Positions 9,503 to 20,660 of a stretch of DNA of 64,000 nucleotides are shown piece by piece. The stretch covers positions 36,319-100,318 of the forward strand of contig JBFMHM010000002.1 in the NCBI GenBank assembly GCA_040753015.1, read 5' to 3'. Below the pieces are notes generated by a model, which ran no database searches, was not told the origin of the DNA, and worked only from the letters and a program-made list of their open reading frames with translations. Each line of letters begins with the position of its first letter. Positions within the stretch are counted from its first letter, which is position 1. This DNA comes from Candidatus Omnitrophota bacterium. GTDB lineage: Bacteria > Omnitrophota > Gorgyraeia > Gygaellales > JBFMHM01. The position numbers and the translations under genes were made by a program.

Positions 9503-10899
9503 CTTGTTTTTAAAAAAGCGCTTATATGTGCAAATATGGTACGGTTTAATAGTGTTTTATAAATCATACGCAAAATATAGTCTATCCGAAAATAAAATTT
9601 TTTATGGGAAAGGTTGTAGTATTTATAAATAGTATTCCAAGAAAGAACATCATGATCATAAAGATATTGTGGTGATACCGAAAAATTATATTTTTCCCAA
9701 TCTTTTGTTTTTATCTGCCCGCGAGATAACATTAAATTAAACATTTGAGTGCCTGGAAGCGGAATAGCTATCGCAAATTTAGCATAATCCGGATTAAGTT
9801 TTATTGCGAAATCGATAGATTTCTTAATATCTACTTCATTCTCTGTTGGATTACCCAGCATAAAATAACACTCAGTTTCTAATTTTGCATTCTTGGCCGA
9901 CTCAACTGCTTCTTCAACCTGTTTAAGCGTTATCATTTTATTTACAATATTCAAAATCCTTATTGAACCAGATTCTACACCAAAAGGAATCCTGTAACAT
10001 CCGGCTCGTTTCATAATCCTTAAAAGTTCAATATTAATTCTATCTACTCTTATGCCTCCCCTTGGATACCATGGAAACTTTAATTTCTTTTCAATTATTA
10101 TTTCACATATTCTAAACGCTCTTTTCATGTCCACTGTGAATATATCATCAATAATTTGTATTTCTTTAAATCCTAATTCAAGCATCTTTTCGATTTCTTC
10201 CACAACCTTCTCAGGAGATTTCATTCTTACTACATTCCCATGTATATTTTTATTACAAAAAATACACCTTCCATAACATCCCCTAGATGTTTCAAGATAG
10301 CCTATTGGATCTTTCCTGCTTGAGATTTTTGGCTGACGACAGCTCTTAATATTCAATAAGTCATAAGCAGGAAATGGAAGAGAATCAAGATCCTTTACAA
10401 CAAAATTCTGAATCTTGGAGGCCACAACTTCGTTATTTTTTTTAAAATAAATATTAGGTATATCGACATTAATGCCTGATTCGGCAATCATCTTTAATAT
10501 ATAATCCCCTTCTCCTCTAACAACACAATCTATTTGGCTTTCTATTAAAACTTCTTCCGGAAGAGCTGAAACATGAGGCCCGCCTACAACAACTAAAATT
10601 TTATTATTGATTTTTTTAACTAAAGAACTGATCCTGTAAGCATTATATATAAGCGGGGTAGTAGTTGTAATTCCAACGATATCTGGTTTAAAATTAATAA
10701 TTTCGTTATGTAAAGTATTATCGTTTGCATTTAGATTATTTAAATCTATAATTTTAACTCTATGCCCAGCATTAACTAAAGGGGCTGCTACAGAAATTAA
10801 TCCTAATGGTGTTATACCTCGAGATATCGCGCTCTTGACCTTTGAATGCGAAAATATTTCTTCGTAATAGTTTGGATTAACTAATAGAACTTTTTTCAT
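9496..10899 (-). CDS. Cobalamin-binding-domain radical SAM enzyme, paralog 2
   Basis: KKVLLVNPNYYEE...GLISVAAPLVNAGHRVKIIDLN...IVGITTTT. rSAM motif TSRGCYGRCIFC. Confidence 0.8.
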   Translation of the reverse strand: MKKVLLVNPNYYEEIFSHSKVKSAISRGITPLGLISVAAPLVNAGHRVKIIDLNNLNANDNTLHNEIINFKPDIVGITTTTPLIYNAYRISSLVKKINNKILVVVGGPHVSALPEEVLIESQIDCVVRGEGDYILKMIAESGINVDIPNIYFKKNNEVVASKIQNFVVKDLDSLPFPAYDLLNIKSCRQPKISSRKDPIGYLETSRGCYGRCIFCNKNIHGNVVRMKSPEKVVEEIEKMLELGFKEIQIIDDIFTVDMKRAFRICEIIIEKKLKFPWYPRGGIRVDRINIELLRIMKRAGCYRIPFGVESGSIRILNIVNKMITLKQVEEAVESAKNAKLETECYFMLGNPTENEVDIKKSIDFAIKLNPDYAKFAIAIPLPGTQMFNLMLSRGQIKTKDWEKYNFSVSPQYLYDHDVLSWNTIYKYYNLSHKKFYFRIDYILRMIYKTLLNRTIFAHISAFLKTRW

Positions 10900-10904
10900 T
10901 TAAC

Positions 10905-11951
10905 TCACATAACCCTTAAAGGGGTATTATACGCAAAATAACAATACCTACAAAAATTATTAATGAATATATTTTCCATGTCTTTTCTCTTAAAAGCTTC
11001 TCGCAAAGAAAGATAAAAATCGTTATTAAACGGATCTGCTTGAGTAAAAATATTACCATATTTAATATCAGGTGGGACCATGAAACAGCATGGTGCAACA
11101 CTACCCTCGATATCAACCGAAATCATATTCTTTAAAAAAATGCAAAATTTAATATTTTTCGTTTCCCTTGGAATCAATACCGGGTAAGTAATATCTATAG
11201 GTGCTTTTCTATATTTGTTTTTCAAGCGATTAATATATTCAGTAATTTCAATATTATCACCATAAATTAATTTTGTCTTTGCTTCTTCTTGGTTTCGTGG
11301 AAAATAATGGTTAAAATTTATAGCGTCGACCCCGAGCTCAATGCTTTTATCTATTAACTGGCTCATTATTGTATAATTTTCTCTTGAAATAACCTTGCAT
11401 AAAAGAATGTAAAGTTTTATTTTCCTCTCATTTCTTTCCTTTATTATTTTCTCAATCTGCGGCTGGACTATAGAAAAGTATTCGTTATAATGGCTCACCA
11501 TTAAGGAATCAATACCAGAACTAAATAGCTGTTCACGATAATTTTTAAGCAACGTGCCATTTGTCACCAAAGATACGGCGATTCCCTTTTGAGATGCTAA
11601 ACGAGCAAATTCAAAAAATTGTGGATGCAATAGTGGCTCACCTCCAGTTAGAGAAACCCGAATCACATTTTTGAAAATATCGTATTCTAAAAACTTTTTA
11701 AATTCTTCGATGTTCATATCTCTCTCGCACATTTTCTCCCAAGGAAAATAGCAAAAATCGCATTTTAAATTACATTTATTATTTATAAAAACGCCCATAA
11801 CTGTCGGTGTATAATTAACTACTATTCTCTTGAAAAGAAGAATATCAATACCTTGCTTAAACAAATTACTAAGTTGATTGGGTTTTAACCCCTTTCTCAA
11901 ATACCACACTGCTGTTTTTTTTAATTTATTTATACTGTCTAATAAGAACAT
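10905..11951 (-). CDS. Radical SAM enzyme with C-terminal SPASM/twitch-like Cys-rich domain
   Basis: CNLKCDFCYF (CxxxCxxC), GGEPLL SAM-binding motif. C-terminal CCFMVPP...CRYCYFAY cysteine cluster. Confidence 0.7.
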   Translation of the reverse strand: MFLLDSINKLKKTAVWYLRKGLKPNQLSNLFKQGIDILLFKRIVVNYTPTVMGVFINNKCNLKCDFCYFPWEKMCERDMNIEEFKKFLEYDIFKNVIRVSLTGGEPLLHPQFFEFARLASQKGIAVSLVTNGTLLKNYREQLFSSGIDSLMVSHYNEYFSIVQPQIEKIIKERNERKIKLYILLCKVISRENYTIMSQLIDKSIELGVDAINFNHYFPRNQEEAKTKLIYGDNIEITEYINRLKNKYRKAPIDITYPVLIPRETKNIKFCIFLKNMISVDIEGSVAPCCFMVPPDIKYGNIFTQADPFNNDFYLSLREAFKRKDMENIFINNFCRYCYFAYNTPLRVM

Positions 11952-11970
11952 ATTAAATCCGTATTCATAT

Positions 11971-13719
11971 TCATTTACTATGAACTAAATAATTCCCAAT
12001 TGCAAGATACTTTAATCCCCCTTCTAGGTGACTTCGTAAAGCATCTTCGGGTATGCCTACTATTGGTTCATTATGTATGTTAAAACTCGTATTAATCAAA
12101 ACTGGTATGCCAGTTTTTTCATAGTACTTATGTAAAATATCATAGAAATGGGGATTATTCTCTTTATAAACAAGCTGGGGACGCGCTGTCCCATCAATAT
12201 GAACAACGGCAGGACATTTTTCTTTCATCCAATCAGAACAATTACAAGTAATAGTCATAAATTCTGCAGTATACTCCTTACCCTTTATATCTGTAAAAAG
12301 CTTTGAGGCATGCTCCGCTAAGATGGCTGGAGCAAATGGCATAAATTCAGATCTTTTAAGCTTATGATTCAACCAATTGTTTACCTCTGGATCTCCCGCA
12401 TGATAAAGAATCGACCTATTGCCAAGGGCGCGTGGCCCATATTCCATACGCCCATTGTACACCGCTATCACCTCATAATTACTGAGTAACCGCGCTATTT
12501 CGTCATTAATATCTTCGAAATAATCATAAGCCGTAATTCCTAATTTTTTAATCGCCAATAATATATCTTCGTTTGAATAGGTACCTCCAAAAAATACATT
12601 CTTGATTCGTTTGCGTTCTCCATTAAGAATATCGCCATTCGCACAAGCAAGAAGGGCTGCTCCTAATGGTTGCCCGCAATCACTCATCCCGGGATGGATA
12701 TAAATATTATCTACCTCGGTTACGTTATGAAGTTTTTGATTAAGCCTAACATTTGCAGCAGTACCACCTGAAAAAAGAATATTTTTTGCGTTATATTTTT
12801 GACAAATTTGTGAAACTATCTGAATAATACAATCTTCTAATCTTTTTTGAAAAGCAGCCGCGATGTTTTCCTTTGATTCATTTTTGAAAAAATCCGGCAA
12901 TCTTCCACTTTTAGCATATTCCACGCCCAAAGTATAAACAAGTGGACTTAATTGAATATTCCATCCCGAAACCCACATAAGTTTTGAAACCTCAGAATAT
13001 AATATATCCGGGTTTCCGTAAGCAGCAAGACCAGTAATCTTTCCACAATGGATAACAGGATTAAACCCAAGTATTTCAGCACTTAGTTCGTAAAAATGAC
13101 CTGGAGAATGAGGAAAATAAGAAGTACAAAGCCGAGTAAACTTCCCTTTATCTATTAGATCAACCTTAAAACATGCTTTGCCATCTGTTCCTTCCGAAAC
13201 AACAGAAAGACAGGAAGTTTTAAAATCAGAAGTTAAATATGCTGTTGCAACATGGCAATCATGGTGATCATAATATTCAATCTTACCCCTAAAACCTTTA
13301 AGTATTTTTTTTAGCTTCCATAATTGAAACACATAACAATAAAGATAACGCGGCAATCCAGTTGCACAAATTAGATTAATCAAAACCGACTTTATGCCAA
13401 TCTTTACTATGCGCTTTTTTTGTGCTGGATAATAGAATTTCCAAAGATTCTTACCTTTTGTAAACGGAATTAATTTGTAATAAACATCCCCATTACCTAG
13501 TATGGGGTTATTTTTATTTAATATCGAAACAGCGATGATATCGATATCTTCTGGTTTAATTTTTGTAAATGACAACGCCTCTTTAACTGCAAGAAACGGC
13601 ATTGAAGTAATCATTTTATTGCGCGCATACCTTTCTTCACTAGCGGCAAAAATAATGTCACCATCTTTTAGAAGCGCCGCCCCGCTTTCATGGCCGGCAC
13701 TAATACCTAAAATAATCAT
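11971..13719 (-). CDS. Carbamoyltransferase (NodU/CmcH/NovN family; Kae1/HypF-like fold)
   Basis: 582 aa. N-terminal MIILGISAGHESGAALL...EERYARNK acetate/sugar-kinase-like fold. Length and overall architecture typical of O-carbamoyltransferases. Confidence 0.75.
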   Translation of the reverse strand: MIILGISAGHESGAALLKDGDIIFAASEERYARNKMITSMPFLAVKEALSFTKIKPEDIDIIAVSILNKNNPILGNGDVYYKLIPFTKGKNLWKFYYPAQKKRIVKIGIKSVLINLICATGLPRYLYCYVFQLWKLKKILKGFRGKIEYYDHHDCHVATAYLTSDFKTSCLSVVSEGTDGKACFKVDLIDKGKFTRLCTSYFPHSPGHFYELSAEILGFNPVIHCGKITGLAAYGNPDILYSEVSKLMWVSGWNIQLSPLVYTLGVEYAKSGRLPDFFKNESKENIAAAFQKRLEDCIIQIVSQICQKYNAKNILFSGGTAANVRLNQKLHNVTEVDNIYIHPGMSDCGQPLGAALLACANGDILNGERKRIKNVFFGGTYSNEDILLAIKKLGITAYDYFEDINDEIARLLSNYEVIAVYNGRMEYGPRALGNRSILYHAGDPEVNNWLNHKLKRSEFMPFAPAILAEHASKLFTDIKGKEYTAEFMTITCNCSDWMKEKCPAVVHIDGTARPQLVYKENNPHFYDILHKYYEKTGIPVLINTSFNIHNEPIVGIPEDALRSHLEGGLKYLAIGNYLVHSK

Positions 13720-13729
13720 ACAATACCCC

Positions 13730-15058
13730 TCAGATCAGATGATTATGCTTCTTAACTGAATTGACAAATTCTTTTGCAACACTTACAGATGTATTCAATA
13801 CGGTTGACCGCGGATAAAACTGAGAAGTATTAACAAGAAAACCATTATTAAAAATAGTTTTTCTTTCTGGTATAAGCTTCGAGTAACCTATTGAGCGAAA
13901 AGTTTCAATGCGCTTTCCTCTGCTTAATTCAAAACCAGCTATCCACGATTCATTAAATTCTTTATTAATTTTTTTAAGATAAGGTAAATATAGTGAGAAT
14001 ATTTCTTCCTTAGTTTTATAAAAAAATGTATCTCCGTCAAAAATATATTTTGATATATAAAAAATTGAATAATCATTAAAATCTACTTTTGGATAAACAT
14101 TAGTAAGACCAATAACACCGGTAAAAGGCATTGATGAATCTTGCAAATTTAACATATAAAAAGGGGTGAGCGGCTTTGTTAATTTTAAAATAAACGATAA
14201 ATTATCGAGATAAATAATTTGTTTCAGTTTATTTTTATAATCTAAATAATTTCCTTCAATAAGCTCGCTAAAATCAAGATTTGATATAGTAAAAATATAA
14301 TTTTCTGACTTTATATTACCATCTTCTAATTCTATTCTATCGATTGTATTATTTTTATCTGCAATAACTTTCTGAACAGCATTTCCTTTTATAATTTTTA
14401 CACCGCTTTTCTTCAAATAATTCTCTAGAGCGTCTATCAATGTTTTAGGGGTCCCTTTTATATAACCCATCTTTTGAGAAAAATTTGTTCTTCGCGAAGA
14501 AGATAGCCTATTCATGCGGCTCCACATATCAACAGCGGTTAAGGATTTAATAGTATTGCCAAACTTTGATCTCATAATTGGTTGCCACAATAATCTATAA
14601 TTACTTTCTCCTCCAATTGAAATTAACCATTCTTTTACAGATGTTGACTCTATCGCTTTCCAATCCTTTTGACATTTAGCATAGAATAAAGTATACATTA
14701 ATCGAAATTTATCAATAATGGAAAGATTTGGATAAGTAAGAAGTTCTTTGAGCGTGCTAATAGAATAAGATTTTTGACCATCGAATACTCCCATGCGTGT
14801 AACATTAAATCCATAAGAGTTTTTAATCCCCAATTCATCCATTAGATTAAAAATACAACTATCTTCAAGAAGTAAAATATGATAAAAACGACTAACGATT
14901 GTTTCATCAACTTTTATCCATGAGCATGCTCCGCCTAAATTGTTTTCTTTTTCAACAACAGTTATATCGGTATAGCCGCTTTTATCTAGAAAATATGCGA
15001 TTGATAAACCCAAAAGCCCTCCGCCGATCACAGTTATTTTTGTTTTTAAAGTAGGCAT
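13730..15058 (-). CDS. FAD/NAD(P)-binding oxidoreductase (amine-oxidase / UDP-galactopyranose-mutase-like fold)
   Basis: N-terminal dinucleotide-binding motif KITVIGGGLLGLSIAYFL...VVEKENNLGGAC. Confidence 0.55.
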   Translation of the reverse strand: MPTLKTKITVIGGGLLGLSIAYFLDKSGYTDITVVEKENNLGGACSWIKVDETIVSRFYHILLLEDSCIFNLMDELGIKNSYGFNVTRMGVFDGQKSYSISTLKELLTYPNLSIIDKFRLMYTLFYAKCQKDWKAIESTSVKEWLISIGGESNYRLLWQPIMRSKFGNTIKSLTAVDMWSRMNRLSSSRRTNFSQKMGYIKGTPKTLIDALENYLKKSGVKIIKGNAVQKVIADKNNTIDRIELEDGNIKSENYIFTISNLDFSELIEGNYLDYKNKLKQIIYLDNLSFILKLTKPLTPFYMLNLQDSSMPFTGVIGLTNVYPKVDFNDYSIFYISKYIFDGDTFFYKTKEEIFSLYLPYLKKINKEFNESWIAGFELSRGKRIETFRSIGYSKLIPERKTIFNNGFLVNTSQFYPRSTVLNTSVSVAKEFVNSVKKHNHLI

Positions 15059-15060
15059 AT

Positions 15061-16527
15061 TTAATCTCGCATGCTTAAAAATGGACTCTTAATGGATATA
15101 CCAAATAGCCCTTTAATAGAACAAAAGCCTCTAAAATATTTTTTAAAATCGCTTAGTGTTCTTATTTTTCTAAAACTTTTCAAAATATATTTTGGTGATA
15201 AATAAAATGTCCTAAAAGCATGTTGATATAATGCTATCATCTTTTCTTTACCAATCTTAGGATTTATATATAATGGATTTTTTTGATCCATCCATTGCCG
15301 ATAGTCTGCCCAATCAATATTTTCTATAAGCCCGCCGTCTTGTTTGCAGAGATCGTATAGTTCTGTTCCCGGAAATGGTACAGGCATAAAAAATACGGGA
15401 AAATCAATATTCATAGCTTTGACGAAATGGATCGTGTTCTTAACCATCGTCTCATCTTCTCCTGGAAGACAGAGAATAACGCTTCCTATTGTTTCAATAC
15501 CAGCATTATGTACAGCTTCTATCCCACAAACTATCTGGCTGACCGTAATATTCTTCTTTATTAAGTCGAGACTAGCTTGATTAGCACTTTCGATACCCAA
15601 AGATATATTCCAGCATCCTGCTTTTTTCATAAGACGACAAAGCTCATTATCAACCAGATCACATCGCGTGTAGCATGACCAGTGTATATTTATCTTGTTT
15701 TCAAGCAATTTTTCGCATAGACTCATCACCCAATTTCTATTAATGGTAAATACGCTATCATGAAATATAACACCTTTCATTCCATAATAATCACAAAGAA
15801 ACTTAATCTCCTCAATAGCTCTTTTAATGCTTATTTGTCGCAGCTTTTTTCCATGAATTCTCGAATCGCAATAAACGCAACCATAAGGGCATCCCCTTTG
15901 AACAAGCATACCGTATGTTGGTAATTGTTTATAATTACTTGGTGGCGGTATATATTTATCCATATGAAGAAGGTGATAAGGAAACAAGGGAATGTCGTCA
16001 ATATTTTCGATTGGTAAAGGCAACACATTACTCCTTATACCATCCTTGCTTCTAAAAACAAGGCCTTCAATTATCGAAAAATCAAAATCGTCGTTAGATA
16101 ATGTCTCGGTAAGCTTTAGAAATTGGCATTCTCCTTCACCTCGTACGGCAAAATCAATATAAGGACATCTTTCCAATGTCTCTTGGGCGAATAATGTCGG
16201 ATGCGCGCCTCCTATGCATATTTTTGTGTTCGGCAAAACCTCTTTACATATTTTTGCTGTTGTAAAATAATTATCTGTTTGGCTCGTATAACAATTACCT
16301 AAACCAATAATATCAAACTTGTTGGCAATTAAATAACTCTTATAAGCGGCTTCATCCATCCCCATAGCGTAAGGATCGCAAATAGAAACATCATGCCCAT
16401 GTTTTCGCAAAACAGAAGCAATAGATAAAAGGCCGTGTGGCAAATATGCACCTGCGCCTTTACTATACTGCCCAAACATGTCTTCGGCATTAAGAAGCGC
16501 GGAAGATAATAATATTTTTATTTTCAT
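15061..16527 (-). CDS. Cobalamin-binding-domain radical SAM enzyme, paralog 3
   Basis: B12-binding-like N-terminus (LLSIASVLRKHGHDVSICD...IIGLGNCYT). rSAM motif VQRGCPYGCVYC. Confidence 0.8.
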   Translation of the reverse strand: MKIKILLSSALLNAEDMFGQYSKGAGAYLPHGLLSIASVLRKHGHDVSICDPYAMGMDEAAYKSYLIANKFDIIGLGNCYTSQTDNYFTTAKICKEVLPNTKICIGGAHPTLFAQETLERCPYIDFAVRGEGECQFLKLTETLSNDDFDFSIIEGLVFRSKDGIRSNVLPLPIENIDDIPLFPYHLLHMDKYIPPPSNYKQLPTYGMLVQRGCPYGCVYCDSRIHGKKLRQISIKRAIEEIKFLCDYYGMKGVIFHDSVFTINRNWVMSLCEKLLENKINIHWSCYTRCDLVDNELCRLMKKAGCWNISLGIESANQASLDLIKKNITVSQIVCGIEAVHNAGIETIGSVILCLPGEDETMVKNTIHFVKAMNIDFPVFFMPVPFPGTELYDLCKQDGGLIENIDWADYRQWMDQKNPLYINPKIGKEKMIALYQHAFRTFYLSPKYILKSFRKIRTLSDFKKYFRGFCSIKGLFGISIKSPFLSMRD

Positions 16528-18473
16528 AAATTACCTTTGTGTAAAAACGAATATGCACTATTTTTATCTATAAAAATTTGATGCCACAATTCCAGGCACA
16601 ATATACCCCAAATCTGACGAACGTAATTACCTTCTTTTTCTAACAATTTTTCAACCTCTTTAACATTAAATAAGCCTCTCTTTCGAGCAGAATCGCTTAA
16701 AATAATACTTCTAACAAAATCACAAACGGGACCCTTTTTGAGCCATTCTTTCAAGGGAACAGGAAACCCCATCTTATCGCGCCGATCAAGTATTAAAGAA
16801 GGCAAAACATTTTTCATTGCTTCACGTAGGATATGCTTTAATCTCCCGCCATGAAATTTTAATGCGGGTGGTAGCGTATTTGCAAACTCTACGATTCGAT
16901 AATCTAAAAGTGGTACCCTAGACTCAAGTGATGCTGCCATGCTTACACGATCTTCTATATGCATAAGGGCTGGCAATAACGTCTTCTGATCAAAATGCAA
17001 CATTTTATTTATATATGATTTTGTGCCTGCGCTATTAAATACTGAAGCAAAATGTTCAAACATTTTCTCCTTACTATGCAAGGATTGCATTTCTTTACTA
17101 AGAACTGATTTTAAATCTCCGCCTCTATCGATTAGCTTAAAATATCTACTATCCATGGACTCGAAAAGGCCGGTTTTCCAAAATTCCTTAAGCATTGGCA
17201 CATATTCTTTTAAAGCAGGAAGATTTTTAATAATCGAATTTAAAGTTACAATATGCCTGCCTTCCTCTTGACTTTCATAAATTGCTCCCTTAATACATTG
17301 TTCTAGATAAGCTATTGCATAACGAGTATAACCTCCAAAAATTTCGTCACCGCCATGGCCGCCTAAAACAACTTTTACATGTTGCGCAGCAAAGCTAGAA
17401 ACAACATATTGCGGTAAAAGGCCAGGGCCAGCCACCGGCTCATCCATACAATAAATAAGCTTTGGCATTAATCGTATAAAGCCATTTTCTTCTATCGTAA
17501 CAAAATGAAGTTTAGTATTTATGTTTTTAGCTACAACCTTTGCGTACTTACTTTCATCAAACAAAATACCTTCTTTAAACTTTCCAGTAAAACATTGAAA
17601 ATCGTTGCCGTATAACCGACCAGCCAAGCTCGCTACAACACTAGAATCAATACCACCGCTTAAATATGCCCCTAAAGACACATCGCTACGCAATTGAAGC
17701 TGTATAGAATCCTCCAAGAGAAACTTCAATCTATCTATTGAATATGCCTTACTATGCCTTGTGTCAACTTTATAATTCTGCTTCCAATATTCTTGTATCT
17801 GAAATTTATCACCATCTGAAAGAAACCAATTAATTTTATGCGCAGGCTCTAATTTCTTTATTCCCTTAAATAAAGTTTTATTATTAAAACAAAATTGGAA
17901 TGTAAGATACTCCTCTAATCCATCATAATTAACTTCGGCACGAATGCGAGGATGCTGAAGTATAGCTTTTATTTCTGAAGCAAATACAATGTTTCCGTTG
18001 GGAAATGCGTAGTAATAAAATGGCTTAATACCGAATTGATCACGTGCGGCAAAAAAAATCTTTTTTCTGCTATCAAAAATCGCAAAAGAAAACATACCAT
18101 TAATATATTCTAGGCATTTTGGGCCTTTTTGTTCATACAATTTAAGCAATACTTCAGTGTCTGAAGTAGTTTTAAACTTAACCCCTTTAAGCGATAATTC
18201 TCTTTTAAGTTCAAGATAATTATATATTTCTCCATTCAGAACCAATACCACTTGCTTATCATCTGTCAACATTGGTTGATGACCATGGTTAATATCAATA
18301 ATAGATAGACGCTGATGTCCAAATATAAAATTTTTACCTTTTTCTATACCACAATCATCTGGCCCTCGATGAATAAGTGTTTTCATCATGGCGCGCACAA
18401 TGAGCTCATTTTTACTAGTATTTATATTTTCTCCGACAATTCCACATATACCGCACATAACCCTAACCACCAC
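16524..18473 (-). CDS. Asparagine synthetase B-like amidotransferase, paralog 2
   Basis: MCGICGIVG N-terminus, YLSGGIDSS PP-loop. 4-nt overlap with downstream rSAM. Confidence 0.85.
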   Translation of the reverse strand: MVVRVMCGICGIVGENINTSKNELIVRAMMKTLIHRGPDDCGIEKGKNFIFGHQRLSIIDINHGHQPMLTDDKQVVLVLNGEIYNYLELKRELSLKGVKFKTTSDTEVLLKLYEQKGPKCLEYINGMFSFAIFDSRKKIFFAARDQFGIKPFYYYAFPNGNIVFASEIKAILQHPRIRAEVNYDGLEEYLTFQFCFNNKTLFKGIKKLEPAHKINWFLSDGDKFQIQEYWKQNYKVDTRHSKAYSIDRLKFLLEDSIQLQLRSDVSLGAYLSGGIDSSVVASLAGRLYGNDFQCFTGKFKEGILFDESKYAKVVAKNINTKLHFVTIEENGFIRLMPKLIYCMDEPVAGPGLLPQYVVSSFAAQHVKVVLGGHGGDEIFGGYTRYAIAYLEQCIKGAIYESQEEGRHIVTLNSIIKNLPALKEYVPMLKEFWKTGLFESMDSRYFKLIDRGGDLKSVLSKEMQSLHSKEKMFEHFASVFNSAGTKSYINKMLHFDQKTLLPALMHIEDRVSMAASLESRVPLLDYRIVEFANTLPPALKFHGGRLKHILREAMKNVLPSLILDRRDKMGFPVPLKEWLKKGPVCDFVRSIILSDSARKRGLFNVKEVEKLLEKEGNYVRQIWGILCLELWHQIFIDKNSAYSFLHKGNL

Positions 18474-19326
18474 CTATTCTGCAAGCAGCCGTCTTTTTTT
18501 TGTTACAATATGCATATTTTCTAATTGCTTCTTCTTTTGATTCATTATAAGTTTTTGAAAGGTTTCTATAGAAAATTTTCCATCCTCCAAATGGCCAATG
18601 ATAAAGCAATGCCATAACTAAATACCCAATTGTAGTTACGCTGCTTACCATCTTGCTATTACCTACCTTTTGGTCATACCGAAGGACAAACGGTATTTCT
18701 GTAAATTTACAACCTAAAAGATTTAATTTTATAACAGTCTCCAATGTTGAAGTAAAGCCCAATCCTTTAAGTTGTATAAAACCATTACCAAATATTTTAA
18801 CAGCATATTTTATAGCATGGCCGCGATAAGCCCTATATCCACAGGAATACTCTCTAACTCCTTTAACACCAAAAACCATCTTCATGAATAGATTAGCAAA
18901 ATAACTTACTAACGCCCTATAAACATTAACGCCTTTTTGACCACCGCCTGGCTTGAATCGTGAAGCAATAACAACATCATATCCATTCATAATTTGTTCA
19001 ATTAAGTATAAAAAATATCGAGGTTCGTGTGTATCATCGCAATCCATACGGATAACAATATCATCATTATCGCAACGCGAAGCAATATATTCAAACCCAT
19101 CCCTCTCCGTCTCTCCTAAACCCCGATTAATAACGTGATCAATAATATCTAAGGGTAATATATTAGTGTACCCTTGTAACACTAAAGATGTTTTATCTCT
19201 TGAGCCATCATTAACCACAACAATGCGATACTCAAATCCAATATTTTTGATACTATTCTCTATTTTAGGAAGCAAGCGAGGCAAAGAACCTTCTTCGTTA
19301 AAAACCGGTAACAGTATCCAAATCAT
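18463..19326 (-). CDS. GT2 polyprenyl-phosphate glycosyltransferase-like (DPM1-like)
   Basis: MIWILLPVFNEEGSL ... RIVVVNDGSRDKT. One C-terminal hydrophobic segment. Confidence 0.7.
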   Translation of the reverse strand: MIWILLPVFNEEGSLPRLLPKIENSIKNIGFEYRIVVVNDGSRDKTSLVLQGYTNILPLDIIDHVINRGLGETERDGFEYIASRCDNDDIVIRMDCDDTHEPRYFLYLIEQIMNGYDVVIASRFKPGGGQKGVNVYRALVSYFANLFMKMVFGVKGVREYSCGYRAYRGHAIKYAVKIFGNGFIQLKGLGFTSTLETVIKLNLLGCKFTEIPFVLRYDQKVGNSKMVSSVTTIGYLVMALLYHWPFGGWKIFYRNLSKTYNESKEEAIRKYAYCNKKKTAACRIGGG

Positions 19327-20660
19327 TATTTTCTATACTCCTTTTTATACATATCTTCATATATATAAAGATTGTTAAAAGTAAAGTATGAGCGATAAAG
19401 TAATTCTATTGGCGTTGGTGCCATCATAACAAAAGAATAATATTTATTACCTATTAAAGCTAAATTAGCAACAATCAGTGTAACAATTATAAAAACGCTT
19501 GCGATAAAACGTTTAAAAATTAATAAAAATCTATTATTATTTCGAATATCGAATATTAAAAAATATAAAAATTTCGCATTCAAAAGATATAATGGAAATA
19601 AAATTTGTAAATAATAATGAGCGGGTGTATAAGACTGGTACGGATTAGCACCAACCATTATAAATTCCGAAGCAAAAAATACGGTTAATATACATAAAAT
19701 CAATTTTAGTTCTCTCTTATTTAATAGAAATAAGCCCCCAACAGCACCAATCCACAAGTAATATGGAACAATTAGAATAAAATGGTTGGCTATTCTCAAC
19801 TTAAAAGAAATCCACCATTTTATAAGATCGAAATGCTGCGAAGTCACCCAGCGAAACATAGTATGGGTTAATGGCTGTTTTATAAAAGGCGTAACGAGAG
19901 AATAAACTGCTATAAGTCCAAGTAAGAGTACCGCATTTCTTTTAATAAATATCTCAAACCGCGAAGTAGCAATACCGTAAAAAAATAGAAATGGTAAGAA
20001 GTATATAGAACTAAAACTGGCAAATAATAATATTCCACTGAATAAGCCTAATATAAACGAATCACGTAATGCGTAAAATGAATCATTATTTGCAAAATGG
20101 TTAAGACGCAATGATAATGCGATTAATAAAACATAAGAAGCCAGCTGAAAAATTTCTGCCTTCCCTCCTGCGATTAGCGCTATAACAGCATAACTTGTCG
20201 CACATAAAAAACCAGCAAGGAGCCCAATTTTTTTCAAATTAAATATATAGCAACCAAGCCACCACATTGCATAAGAAACAACAGCCCATAAAATAATATT
20301 TATTATAAGATACGAGTTTTTTAATGTTGTAAAAAAAAGAAAAAAAGAAGATAGGAAAGGAATTAATATCCGATATTTATCTGGAGGATAATCGCAATAT
20401 ATGGCCGGTGATTTACCAGGAAAAATACCACCTAAAAAATACGCATTGCACATCAATCCATAACCTTCGGGATGCATCATTTCATTATCAATATCATTGT
20501 CATAACAATAACCGTGAGGATAATACGAAAGCACCTTACTCAATGTTGTATGTTGTAAACAATTAGTAATTAAAGGATCGATCTCTTTATGCAAAAATCC
20601 TTCCGTAACACATATAATTGCAAAAAACAAAAAAACCATAAAAGAAATATTTTTCTTCAT
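19326..20660 (-). CDS. Polytopic integral membrane protein, family A copy 1 (paralog of 22950-24317); candidate GT-C / polymerase-ligase-like, function unknown
   Basis: 444 aa, ~12 predicted TM helices. Clear sequence similarity to 22950-24317 (shared FLH..D.L...C....L...LSYYPHGY ... YTPDKYR...F motifs). Confidence 0.5.
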   Translation of the reverse strand: MKKNISFMVFLFFAIICVTEGFLHKEIDPLITNCLQHTTLSKVLSYYPHGYCYDNDIDNEMMHPEGYGLMCNAYFLGGIFPGKSPAIYCDYPPDKYRILIPFLSSFFLFFTTLKNSYLIINIILWAVVSYAMWWLGCYIFNLKKIGLLAGFLCATSYAVIALIAGGKAEIFQLASYVLLIALSLRLNHFANNDSFYALRDSFILGLFSGILLFASFSSIYFLPFLFFYGIATSRFEIFIKRNAVLLLGLIAVYSLVTPFIKQPLTHTMFRWVTSQHFDLIKWWISFKLRIANHFILIVPYYLWIGAVGGLFLLNKRELKLILCILTVFFASEFIMVGANPYQSYTPAHYYLQILFPLYLLNAKFLYFLIFDIRNNNRFLLIFKRFIASVFIIVTLIVANLALIGNKYYSFVMMAPTPIELLYRSYFTFNNLYIYEDMYKKEYRK